A DNA stretch of 64,000 bases, from assembly GCA_035221665.1 (NCBI GenBank), contig CM069132.1, positions 35,650,001 to 35,714,000 on the forward strand, read 5' to 3'. Below are positions 1-13,600 of the stretch, in pieces. Source of the DNA: Okamejei kenojei (Eukaryota). The notes under the pieces are model-generated. The model saw nothing but the letters and a program-made list of their open reading frames with translations. It was not told where the DNA came from and did no database searches. Each line of letters opens with the position of its first letter. The first letter of the stretch is position 1. Both the position numbers and the translations under genes were made by a program.

Positions 1-1602
1 TGGTTTCCTCCAATTTATTAGATAATCTATGTCAATTTATAAGATGACTCTTACCTGAAATATGATGAAGTATTTGTTTGCTTAAATAATTTCCTAAACT
101 AATTCACTTGCCTAATTTGCCTTAAATAGTATTTAAATACCTTAAATATTTAATACCTTAAATAGTAATTTAGTGACAATGTTAAAGATTAGAAAGCCAT
201 TTAAATGTTCTTTGTATTCTTACAATAAGTATTTAGGAATTAAAGTACATTGATCAAAATATAATGTTTTCTATAATTAGCATCCTTTGATATAAAATTG
301 CTGGCCTTGTTTTTAAAAAAGTGGACTCAAGAAAGGGACCTGTTATCTTGAAGTGAGATTTACATTGCTATTTTAAAATTTATTTATTTGGACTCACATA
401 TTTCAAGATCAAGATAGCTGCATGTGATGCTATTATCTTCTATGAAATAATTCAAGGAGAGAAAAATATTTTTTATTTATTTCTGAAAATATTCTGAAAA
501 TTCTGCCTATTGTTTGATAAGTATAATAGTTACAATGGTCTTGAGTTGCAACGAAAAATGAATTTCTCCTCTAATTGACACAGTTTATCCCAAGTCATGA
601 TTGATCCAAATCTGAGTTACAACAAAAACGAATTGGATATCTGTTTTTGCACTATCTGGTTAAGTGTTACTTTAGGCCACTGCATTCGGCTTTAATGCAA
701 TGAGTGAGGAGGACTAGCCCGCATATTCAACCCTTTCAACTTTTTTTTTACAAGCTGCATTGGCTAGTGCAATAGGGATCAAAAATTATGTTGGGTTCTT
801 CGGGATCTGTGTTGAAATCCAGTTTATTGGCTTTGTCGTTCTTTTGGCTCTATTGCCAGTTAAGGATTCTATGAGAACCAATTTCAATTATATTTATTTT
901 AAGGATTCAGATAACACAATCACCAATTTTATTCACAAATCGCAATCTTGTTTATGATGTCACAGGCACAATAATTATGAGAAGACGGGTTCACCTGTAA
1001 ACATGGGATTCAACCATATATTGAATAAAGTTGTTGTCTACTTATCACAAACTTGATCTCTGAGAACTAATGCAGGTGTCTGAAAGAAAAAAGTGTTCTA
1101 TATATCTTAAAGAAGGGTCAATTTTTGACAATATGCTTAGGATTCTAAACGCTGCGTCTTATAAATATAAAGTGTTCCAATTACCAAGCATTTAGTTTAA
1201 CCTTCGTCTAAATCACAGTGCGATTATTTGTTACTAAAACATGGTTTAAATTCATAAATTTCCTTACAAATGCAAGTGTAAGATTTGTATTTACTGAGAA
1301 TTAAACATAAACGACATTTTGTAACATATCTGAAAAAGATTGTGGACAGATTTCTAGCAAAATCTGAAATCAAATAGAATTTCATGCTGGTTTATAACAA
1401 ATAGTGAGCAGAGAATATAGTTTGTAATTTTTCCATAGTCATATAGCAACTTCCACTCTGTAAATTCTACAAAATAAAGCAGGTAGCACATTTATGGAGT
1501 TTTTTTTTCAAATCTGGAATGTGTGTATACAATGTATTATCGAATGTACATTTTTTTAATATGGCTAATTCCTAATTAATGTCTTCTTTTCTTTTTCTGC
1601 AG

Positions 1603-1616
1603 ACAATGGAAACGAT
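1603..1616 (+). CDS. COL1A2: Exon 2 (14 bp micro-exon, xNGND)
   Basis: Pyrimidine tract ...ttttctgcag|acaatggaaacgat|gtaagt; phase 1 to 0 as expected. Confidence 0.8.
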
Positions 1617-4600
1617 GTAAGTGTTGAAATCATTACAGTCTATTTCTTAAAAATTAAATTAAATTTGGATTTTTGTAAGGTAATTAAATATATTCTTTCT
1701 ATTGCAGGGTTACCAAGATGAATTGATGGTATGTATAATTTAACAATTATGTTATTAGTGACAGTGTGCACTGCATTTCATATGACATTTCTATGTTGCT
1801 AAAATGTAACTAGTCTAATGAAGGGTCTCGTCCTGAAATGTCACCTATTCCTTTTCTCCAGAGATGCTGCCTGACCCGCTGAATTACTCCAGCATTTTGT
1901 GTCTATCTTCGGTTTAAACCAGCATTTGCAGTTCCTTTCTACCCATAGAAGGAGAGTTATGAATTACCTAATTTCTAGCACAGTCTAATTAAACTAGCTC
2001 AATTTCCTCACTCACTGTCAGGTATTTCCAGATGCCAGTTTCAATACATTTTAATTAAAAGTCAGTTTGTACTTCTTTGGAAGTTCATGAGAGCATCTAT
2101 ACTGTTTTATATCCTGTACCCTGTGTATATTTGTCCATTAAGGTTCCTTTAGATCTATTTAAACAATTTTGTTTAATACTGATTAATGGAAACCAAATGC
2201 TGATCAGAGGCATGATTCATACTTGCCTATTCTTACCATACTTATGTAATCACTATCACTCACGAGTTAGACACATCTATTCCTATCAAATACATAATAT
2301 GCCACAGGTTCATACATAGTGCCATCTATAGTGTTTTTGCCAAATTGACAGAAACAACGAAGCAGAAAAAAACTTCAATAACAAAAATAGAATAAAGGTT
2401 GATACGTGGCTACATTCCAACTCCACATCAAATCCTTTTGAGAATTGGCTTACTGGATCAATAGCTTTGGAATTCCTTGCAATAAATCACATCAGCGTAA
2501 AGCTTGAATTTTACATGTTTTGCATTAGGTGGCTTCCTTCTTTCTCACACATTCACCCTGGGCTGGAATGCAGGATAGCCAGCAATACAGCCCTATTGTC
2601 AATTGCCTTACACCAAGGTCCACTGGATGGGACCATTTTGATTTCTTGTTTCAGCAAAAACTCCTTATTAAATTATAGACATCTGCCTTTTCTGAATCAG
2701 ACCAAGCAGTAATTTGCTCAATCGTATCCATTGCCTTTGCGATATGGTTCCAATGCAGAGAACAAACGCCATATTGAACCCCTTCTTCTTCTTTTGTGCG
2801 GCATGCACAGCCTAAAGTTGTTGGACAACTTGATATCTTTGATCTTCCATTTGTGCACATCGAGTTGATTGCATTATTCGAAACAGGATGGACCACATGA
2901 AAGTTGCAATCTTCCACCCCAGTATTGAACCCCAATCAAGTATTAGCAGGGCCATCATGAAGAAAGAATGTAATGAACTATATTATCACACTTATCCAAG
3001 TTGTTCTGGTAATGATCCTATTATTTGGATAAATAGTAGAATAATTATAAAATTCATTTTGACATTATTTCCTTACAATGTCAAGGAGTCATAATGATCA
3101 AAATTGGATAGAGAAATGAAAAACAATTACCTTATGTTTTAAGTGAAAAATGTCACACTGTAACAAAAGTCTCTGAACACCTTTCAGCTCTTAGCATTTC
3201 AAAGTGCATCTATTTGATCATCCACCATTGATTTTGTAATTGTTTACATTAATTTTCTTTCTCAGTCTCTCTGAGGAAATTAAATGTATCTGCTGGTCGA
3301 GGCTCAGTCATGGCACTTTTACCTCAAATTCAGTGTTAGCCTCAAAGCCCACTCCACTGACTTAATGGTATGACCCGAGTTGAAATTTCAGTGCAGGACC
3401 ATTCAATTGTCAGGAGTACTTCAATTTGAATTATATAAAACCAAGGCCCATCAACTTTCCCAAAAATGCAAAATATTCCTTTTTATTAATCAAACAAGTT
3501 CAGAGGGATTCCTCATTTGTACTGTCCTCAAATAATAACACCAAAACTAGGTTACAGAATTATTTAATCAGAAAAGCTTGCTCTGGGCATATTAACTGCT
3601 TGTTTACTGATATGAAAAGTATTTATACAGTGCTCTTCATGTTTTTTTTTAGGATGCATACATGTACTATAAAGCCAATGCAATACTTTTGAAATGGAGT
3701 CATTGTTCTAATGCAGGAAATACAATAGCCAAAATGTGCAAAGCAAACTTTCATAAACAGCAATGTAATAGTGATTGGATAATCTGCTTCTAATATTATT
3801 TGGTGGCAGATAAATATTGGTCATGGGATCTTACGCGTCCACCTGAGAAGGCAGACTGGGCCGTGATTTAACCTCCTGCCTGAAAGACGGCACTTCAAGC
3901 AGTGCCAGTTGAGATTTGTGTGTTGAAACCAGAACCTTCTGCCTCTGAGGTGGGAGTGTCACCTACTGAGCCTTCCAAGAAGGGACAAGGCTATTACAAG
4001 TTTGGAGATATATAGATTTGAAAGATATCTTATAATTGAAGGCTCTGCTTTCCATCTTTCCCATTAAGCATACACATAATAAAATTTTATCAAAGAAAAG
4101 AACACAGGAACTGTAATAGATCAAAGGTGTAATTATATGATGAATAACATGCTGGAACAGATTGAATTATGTTTTGGTTTCCCGTATCTAACTAGATCCA
4201 AATATTTTTGTCTTCAGGGACCACAAGGACCCAAAGGCAACCGAGGCATATCCGGAGACAGGGTATTTATGCTTTAATTGGTTTCATTGTTCAAGGAGAT
4301 TTTTTTTGTAATTAAATGTTATTAAACATGTTTTGGTGAAAATATTTCTTCTCCAGAACATTATTTGATACTTCAGTTTGTTTTCAGTTGGCATTGATTT
4401 AACAATGCCAACTGAAGCACCATTTTAATTAAATTCTTAAATATTGACTATCCACTTTGCATTTATTATGCCTTCCAGTGCAAAGTCACAATCTACATTC
4501 TTTCTATCATAGGGTCCACGAGGACCAGACGGCAACGATGGAATCCCAGGCATCCCAGGCTCTTCTGGACCTCCTGGACCACCCGGCTTTGTAAGTTACT

Positions 4601-7600
4601 AGCTGATCACATTTATAGTGGCGACAGTTCACTGAACTGAACGGAAACATATTTTGGAAATGGAGCACAGTATAATATTTGGATCTAGTGAGTGAGGAAA
4701 GGTCACTAGCCAGTGTATGCTGGAGAGAAATAGTGTAAAGTAGGACTATCCCAGCCATACTACACTGTGTCATCACCTGAAACAGAGAGGGCATCAATTA
4801 CAAGATTTGAGATGTTACGATGCGACTTTAGAAAACACTGGATGGGCTATATTTGGAGTATTGTGTGCAGTTCTGATTAGCACACTAAAGGAAGAATGTG
4901 ATTGTCTGGATTGGAGGATTTAAATTATGGGGAGCATTTAGAAGGGCTGGCATTTTCCCGGACGTGACGGAGTTTGAGAGGGTTACCTAATAGAGTAGAC
5001 AAGATTATGAGAAGCACAGATAAGGTAGATAGACAAGATATTTTCCTCATGGTGGAAGTATCAAAAAGGATGAGAGGGGATCTTATTGAAACATATAAGA
5101 TTATTAAGGGTTTAGACACGCTAGAGGCAGGAAACATGTTCCCGATGTTGGGGGAATCCAGAACCAGGGTCCACAGTTTAAGAATAAGGGGTAAGCCATT
5201 TAGAACGGAGATGAGGAAACACTTTTTCACACAGTTGTGAGTGTGGAATTCTCTGCCTCAGAGGGTGGTTTAGGCCGGTTCTCTGGATACTTTCAAGAGA
5301 GAGCTAGATAGGGCTCTTGAAGATAGCGGAGTCAGGGGATATGGGGAGAAGGCAGGAACGGGGTACTAGATGTGGATGATCAGCCATGATCACGTTGAAT
5401 GGCGGTGCTGGCTCAAAAGGCCAAATGGCCTACTCCTGCACCTATTGTCTAAAACCTGAGGGCTCAGGTTTAAGGTGAGAGAATAGAAGTTTAAGGGGGA
5501 TCTGAGGGGTAAGTTTACTACACAAAGAGTGGTTGATATCTGGAACTCACTGCCAGTGGAGGTGGTGGAATAAGATACAATTACTACAGTCAAGCAAACA
5601 AGGTGGAGAAAGATAAGGCCCCCCTAGTGCAACCAAATAGAATTGGTATAGATGGGCAAAAAGGCCATCATGGATATGATGGGCTGAAGGGTACATTTCT
5701 ATGCTGTATAACTCTATGACGCTATGAAATTCACACAGGTATATTTCCAGATATTCGAGGCAGATATTAGATATGGTCACAGCCCAATAAAAAGCAACTA
5801 CCATCCTATTGGATATTGTTTCTGCCTTGCTAAACTAGCAAATGAGGCTCCACCCATTGCATTTGACAACCATTGAATATGTAGAAAATGACCCTAATAA
5901 AAACATGAAGGATTAAAGAATTTAGTTTGATTTCTCTATTCCAATGGATAGCCTATCTCACACTCAAGACCTTCTAGATTCTGGTTAGTAAGTACGCTTG
6001 CTTTGCTTTGTATGGGAAAGTGTTTTGTATTGATCTTTCCGTTGTTAATTCTGAAGAAATATGCGTCTGCATGTGTCCAGATGTGTACATGTGTTTAACG
6101 CTCTCTTCAAGCAGTGCAGCCATGATCTTTTAATGTAGTAAATATTCCCACGAGTCATATATACTGATAATGTTAAGGACTTTCATCAAGCAGTAACGTA
6201 TTTCTGTTCTTGTTTTCAGAGCTATGCTGCTCAGTACAAACGAGACGACCAGACACCAGGAATCCCCGTACGTATTTATAACCTCTTCTACATTCATCCC
6301 GCTACACCTCGGGCTAAACATCAAGATTAGATTCTCCCTGCGCAGAAACACAAGTGTATACAAATTTATTGTTATTAACTTTTTTTTTTGCTCAATAGGT
6401 GTGAGCACATTCAAAATGAATGAAAATACTTTAAAATAATATTCAATTTAGGACATTAAAAATGAACAGGTGCAGTTATTCAAGTCAAACTACTGCAATT
6501 GTTGATGCGCAGTGGAAATGTGGGTTTATGGAACACATAAGGTATGGGCGGAAAAGTACTTATAGAGGATTGATTATGACAAGAAAGGTTTAGAAATGTA
6601 ACTTGGATTCACAAGGTACCAGAATATACCAGAACATGTGAAGCTTTCAAACTGTTAGCTTGCCTTGTTATTATAGAAGTGACCCCATATGCTACAAGGA
6701 ACATTATTCCTTCTGAATCAGATGTTCTACATAACTGTGTCGCTTTAAAATGGCCCCTTTAAAAAACAAGTGTATTGGGAGAACATTTAGTATTCCCCAT
6801 CTATACAGATTCAAGGTGTGGAGAGAATTTCTTTCACTTTGCGTGAAATCCATTTCTTATCACTGCATTCTCCTTGGATGCATTTCCAGTGATTATTTTG
6901 CCAGACATTAACTCCCACTCAGTCCAATTGATCCAGTGAAATAGATTACAGTCAAGATTAATACCACTGTGAAAACTAAAATTTTGAAATGGAAACTAGA
7001 CAGGATGCTAATTATGTGGTAGGCAAGTGAAATGTTGTATTAATTCGGCCTAAAATACAAGTAAAATCCAAATGGCATCCTCTTGTTGACTCTCCAAGTG
7101 TTATTAACCCATCTTACTGCATTATACCATATCATATCATCCCGTTTCCAAACAAAATGCTGGAGACAGTGCCCGATAGAAGATATATGGAGTACTTTGG
7201 TTTTAGTCAGTAAAAGGTTAGTTTTTTATTGTTTAAATTAAAACCTGTCCACGATTAAGCAAGCACAACTCAAAAAAAGTGGGTAATAATGAAATTCCCT
7301 CGTGTAACCTATCCTCCGATTCTAATCAGAAGATTTGGTTTTAAATGACAAATCTCATTGCAACAATGAAGGAAATTTAGGTCACTATAATTTTACAACA
7401 GATGCAACAAAAATCAGTGTTTTAGTTTGTTAGGTTAGTTTATAAGCATGTCCCAATACACATTGTCATGAGAGGCCTTTAGATAGGCACGCACAAATGC
7501 GAAGAATAGAGGGATATGAATCATGTGCAGGCAGGTTGGATGAATTTATCTTGGCTTCAGGAACAGACATTGTGGGCTGAAGGGCCTGTTCCTGTGCTGT

Positions 7601-10600
7601 ACTTTTATATGTTCAGTGGAAAGCTTGGTTTATCTGGTTGCTTACTCTTCAGAAGACTTGATCTTCATTCCAGTAATTCAACAAAGCATCTAACCTACAA
7701 CTAAATGCAATATTGCTGGAATGTTAAATTGTTGGATGTTTCACTTCTGTTAGGAACTAGCTTTTGGTTTCCTTGCTTCAGAGCAAACTTGGTTAACATT
7801 TTCGGTTTAGTTAATGGAGAACAGAGAGCTCTACAACCTGAACAATCATCCCCACCAACCACGCCATCATAAACACACAAACCTGTCATAAGCAAACACT
7901 GATCAGGCTGGAAAGCATTAAAAAATAATAACTAGAAATTCCATCAGGTCAGGCAGCAGCTCTCAAGAGAAAAAAAGTTAATTGTTTTTGGCCAATGATC
8001 TTTAATGAGAACCCATAACTTCTCAAATTATGTATCTCTCTCTCTGCAGAAGCAGTATAGCCGACTGAGAATTCCCAGCACTTTGTTGTTATAACAGATT
8101 AACTAGTTATTTAATCCTCTGCTTTCTTTGGGGGGATAATTGGTTTCAATTTTTATCATTCTAAAGCGTACTGAACATAAAAGTAATATATGGTGAGGCT
8201 TTACCATCTGAAACATGATCAACAATGCACAGTGAAGGAGTTACACATGGATGTAGGAAATGGAGGGATAAGGATCACATGCAGATAGCGGAGATTAGTT
8301 TAACTTGATATCATGTTTGGCACAAACATTGTGGGCTGAAGGGCCTGTTACTGTTCTATGTTGTAAGTTCCTGGATTAAATCACATTTTGCATTTACCTT
8401 TAATTGGTAGAAAATAAAACATGAAAACGCTGATTCCAGTGAATGTAACATTACAAGTTAACTTCTCAATTTGGTTTCACTTAAACTTAAATTCATTTGT
8501 GATTTAGTTTTCAAGGGTTGTTGTTTTAAACTGAGCCCAACTATTTTCAAAGGCTTGCCCTAAATACAGCTAAAAAGATAAGACTTATGTCCATTAGTTC
8601 ATCAATCACTCTCGGCCTAATCAGTCTTGTTTCCTTGTCAGTTGTGTTAAGTTCACTAAATATAGATATGTTTTTGTTTTAGTAGTGACTATGATATTGT
8701 ATACTAATTTAAACATTTTTTTTTTCAGGGACCAATGGGAGTGAGAGGCCCACAAGGAGCCGCTGGTGTCCCTGTAAGTATTATGATCTCTTGTCTTAAA
8801 ATCCTTACCTATTTATAATTGAAACTATGCAACACATTGTACTACCTCCATTTTTAATATTCACATTAAAGTTAATTTCAAAGACTTCACTTATAATGAA
8901 TTGTAATCAGATGCACGTGCTTCCTTTCAGGGTTCTCCTGGACCTTCAGGACAGCCAGGCATTCCTGGTGAATCTGGTTCAACTGTAAGTATACACCAAA
9001 GCCAATATTTCCTCCACTCAATATTTCCTAAATACTGGGACCATTTAGTTAATTTTTACTTTCCTTCTTTCCTTTTATTCTTCAGGGTCCAGTTGGTGCT
9101 CGTGGTCCTCAAGGTGTACCTGGAAAGCCCGGTGAAGATGTAGGTATACATTATGATTGACGACAATATGAATCATAACAGCATTTTTAACTTGTGATCA
9201 CTTCTTAACTGCAACAGTTCGCCTGACATCATAAAGAATCTAAAACAAAGAATTAAGGGAAAGAAAGCAGGAGAAGGTCTTAGTTAGCTCTTCATGGAAA
9301 GCCATTTCCATTTTGGACTAGGGATTCTGCTAAAATCTTTAATAACCATGACTTTGATCCCACTTTTCCTTGTTTTGCATAAGCATTGATTCCACTGTAA
9401 ACCAACAGTTTGTCACCCAGAAAATGATATTTTGTGATAATAAATTCTCTATTTCAAAGAATTACATGACTATTGTTGCATAAAGATTTGGATTCTTATG
9501 TATTCACCTAAATAGTGACAATTTTGGTGATCCTTTGGGATCATAGATGAAATGGAGTATCAATATTATCAACACAAAGATAATATTCCACATGTATGAT
9601 TGACGTCCCTTGTAGCAAGCATCTGATGTATTAGTGTGCACTGCACATTTTCAAGCACCAAAATATAAATATAAAGAACAGAAGCAAATGTCGGTCATTC
9701 ATCTCCTCTTCCCTGCTCTGCCATTCAACCAAGTCACATCTCATCTTTAATTTCAGTGCCATGTAATCCCATCCTTAGTGAATCCATTTTCTGCTATCCC
9801 TTTAAAATTCTGGTGCATTAAAGTCACATTTAATTACATTAAAATTCATAATGGGTTGCATATTTGCTTTATTTTTAAGTAAAAGATATCCACAATTATC
9901 CAACGTCTCACTGATATTGCCATTGCAAAAACCACCAAATTGCTTAAATGTTACCTTCATTTGATTCCTATGCAATTAAAGAAATAATAACAGAGATATG
10001 CATCTATGCAATAAAGAACAATATGACATAACATAACTGGAATAAAATGTAAACCCTTAAGAATTAGAATATCTTTAATTCATTGTAAATTCCTATCCTA
10101 GGATTCCTATTACAGAACTTGCATTATTAGATTGTTAAATATTTAGCTACTTCGGAAAAGTCAGTCAAATGTTCCAGTGATTCTTCATCTAAAATATTTT
10201 AAAAGGAATAAACATATAGAATTAACATGTTTTTGCCAGATTTGTTCCTATTACAGAGAAGACCTCTTACATTGCATTTACAATGTGGACAGCGAGTCAT
10301 GTTCTCACTGTCCCTTCAATACCTTATATACCAAATATAATGTTTGTGAGGACACAGTGGGTGTCATACGTATGCAGCTGCTCCTTGCTGCACCCTAACT
10401 GTATGATTCCTATGGCAGTACTAGCCTTTGTAGTCCTGAGGGTCAAATCACAATCCAGGCCTTGGTGCTGGAGCCGTATCTGGAAGTGAAGCAGTCCATT
10501 AAGCAATGACTGAAGATAGACACAAAATGCTGGTGTAACTCAGTGGGACAGGCAGCATCTCTGGATAGAGGGAATGGGTGATGTTTTGGGTCAGTTTAAA

Positions 10601-13600
10601 CCAGCATCCACAGTTCCTTCCTACACATAAGCAATGACTATTCCTCAGGTGATAGACCTGAGGTCCTGGACACCCTCAACATCCATTCCACTGCTTCTAA
10701 ATGTTGGCTATTCAAAAACATTTTAACCATTTTGTTAAAATTAGGAATTATTTAAACTAAAGTAATACATTTATTTTTAATTCCACTTAACTGATCTAAA
10801 ATCATTAAAACACTAAATATTATTTTTTCAGAAGAATTAAACCACTTGCACTTGCTCCCTAGGTCAACGAGCCCAGTTAAATAGATGGGATTAAACTGAA
10901 TATTCTAGCCCAGGCTGAAGCTAAAGAGTGTAACCAACACCTCAGCCAGACATGACTGAGTCCACCCCTAGATTCATTATTGAGTACATATGCACTGACA
11001 TCTGATCTTCATTCCCTGCCTAACCAATTCTTCAAAATTCAGGCAAGGAAGTCAGAAATGGCTGAGGAATATCAATAGTTTGCTTTCAAACCATCCAAGG
11101 ATCTCAATAGATTTAGGTCCAATGAACGCGTCAACTTTCCGATTGAGGGGGAAATGACGTTAGTTTTTCTATATGTTCAGCAAATGGGAATGGGTGATAT
11201 CAGAGGTGACCATGAAGCTAATCTGAACTTGATCTGTCCAAGGAATGTCTTATTCCTAATACAGCAGTCACTGATCTGGAAGACAACATTTAGGTTAAAT
11301 CTATCAGATTTTGCTAAATTCAGGCAGACAGCACTGAAGATTCATTCACCTGATAGATATTAGGCAAGTTGGAAACGCCTAGCACTTAATTGGTAATTGT
11401 TATTTGATGGCAATTATATAAAAGTCATACACTATTCGTTCTAAATACTAAAATGATGAATTAATCTACCTAGTACAGTAAATATCTGTAAAGTGCTTCG
11501 GTAATTGACATAGTGTGAAAAGTAAGATTCCATCTTTGTTTTATACAGGGTTCAAATGGCAAATCTGGCAAATCTGGCGAACGTGGTATTGTTGGACCCC
11601 AGGCAAGTGAAGTTGTTGCATGAGGTTTATCACCATTGAACTTGAAGGCATTAATCTTCCTGTACTAACAACGGCTTGACAATGTCTTTTTGTTTTGATG
11701 ATCCATTGATTATATTTCTCCTTTCCTCTTTATAGGGTGCTCGTGGTTTCCCAGGTACTCCTGGTCTTTCTGGCAGGAAAGGACACCGTGTGAGTTGAAT
11801 ATTATTTCTTTGCTACTTGATTTGTGCCACTATATGTAATTGGCCTTCATTTTATAATTTTTTTCCATTTCCTTACAGGGTTACACTGGCCTGGATGGAA
11901 CTAAGGGAGAACCAGGCTCTGCTGGAATGAAGGTAAGGCTGTAGCCACAGTAGCATTATAGTGAAGTAAGTCGAAACATTAGTTGAGGAAACATTTAGTG
12001 ATGTGATATAAAGTGGAAATTCATTAATCAGCTGCTGTTTTCTTAAATTTTGCTCACAATATAACCAGATTTTATATCAGAAAATCAAAGAGAAGCCTCC
12101 TTGATTAATTATGTTAACATTTACAAAACTTTATCTCTTGTTTTTTTTGTGAGTTTTCTCCAATTAAAGATTCTAGTGAAAACTGAGCAAATCAAAATCC
12201 TAATTGCTACTTATGGCGAAAAATGTAATTGAAATATATAATTAATTTGGATCGGAAAATATAATTGCTGTCCATTTAGGGGGAGGATGGGGGGGAGGTC
12301 CCAGGATACTGCAATTGTGGACTCCCTTGGAAAGAACAAATAGAAATCTACCTAGCCTGACCCTTTTACTACTAATGTTATAAATGGGTAGTTCAGCCAC
12401 TTTTTGTCTTCACTGTAATGATTCTTTTCAGAGCAGATATTTGCATGTTGCAATCCGAGTACATTAATCTCTGTTATTGCATAACTTTTCCATGGAAATC
12501 TTTGTTTTTATCTCATGTCTTTTTTGTACGTGTATTACATGTCTGAGATTCATCTTTTTGGTCCAGTTTGTTTGTAAGGCGATAATACAGTGACAAACTT
12601 CTCTATCAAGAGCATCTTATTAAGGAACAAAGCTTATTAAACTTGTGTTGTAGCAAAATATTCTAAAAATTGACAATAGTTAAAATTGTCATGGCAAGAG
12701 ATTTAAAAAAACACTTACTTCATTTTTCTGCTTTCCAAATCAATACTGGAATGAATAAATGTTTGATTCTCAAATGCAATCTGACCAAGATTTCTCAACA
12801 AGACTAGTTAGTGTCAGCCTTTACATCAAATAATGGAAACAAATTATGAATTTTGGGCAACATTTGCATTGCTCAAGAATTGGAAACTGGTTGGACATTT
12901 TACCCTCAATGGGTGTACGGAGAGAACAATTAAACAGAATAACGCAAGCAAAAATCAAAATATAGCACCCACAGAAAGAAACACCGGCTCCTTGCTTGCT
13001 ACCATAGTCATAAGTGATTTGCCAAACAATGTGTATACAAACCATCTGTGAAACATTACCTTCTTAGAAGAGTCATGACCCACTCTGTTGAGAAACACAA
13101 TTCAGCTTTGTAGTCATGCACAACCCAGTACTGAAATTAGAAGCAGCTGTATAATTTTAGGCCCAATAATTGTTTTCATGACAGAATGCAACCTAATTTA
13201 CACAAATCATCTGTTGGCTGCTTTAACATATTCTTAAAGAAAGGAAAGCTGCCTTGTGATTTTGAAACTGCGCTGAAGAGTCCAATGCAAGACCTTCTCA
13301 AAATGTAACTGGACATATCATGGGGAGATACCAAGTTAATCATAAAACCATGATAAAAGCCTCTCGCAGACATGACTCTCCTATGCCAGATGTTGGTTCT
13401 GGCCATTGATGCGACGTTTCACATATTATTTGATTATTTCAAAACAATCCCCATTTTATAGACACAGGTGTATCTCACAAAAAACGAAAATTCATGTTTA
13501 CTATTGTAAGCATATCTTTGATAAGTTATGTAAGATAAATATCACGGTTCTTTTGAGAAATTCACAGTCCACACAGCACTTCTCATTAATGGTCATGGCT

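Noticed and set aside
1-1600. Exon 1, the collagen 5' stem-loop, or a vWC exon
   Set aside because: I found no signal-peptide exon, stem-loop motif or Cys-rich exon; the region looks like intron 1. The 760-957 ORF is hydrophobic but has no collagen resemblance.
2651-2935. 94-aa minus-strand ORF in intron 3
   Set aside because: No recognisable domain or gene signals. It may be a TE scrap, but that cannot be supported without a search.
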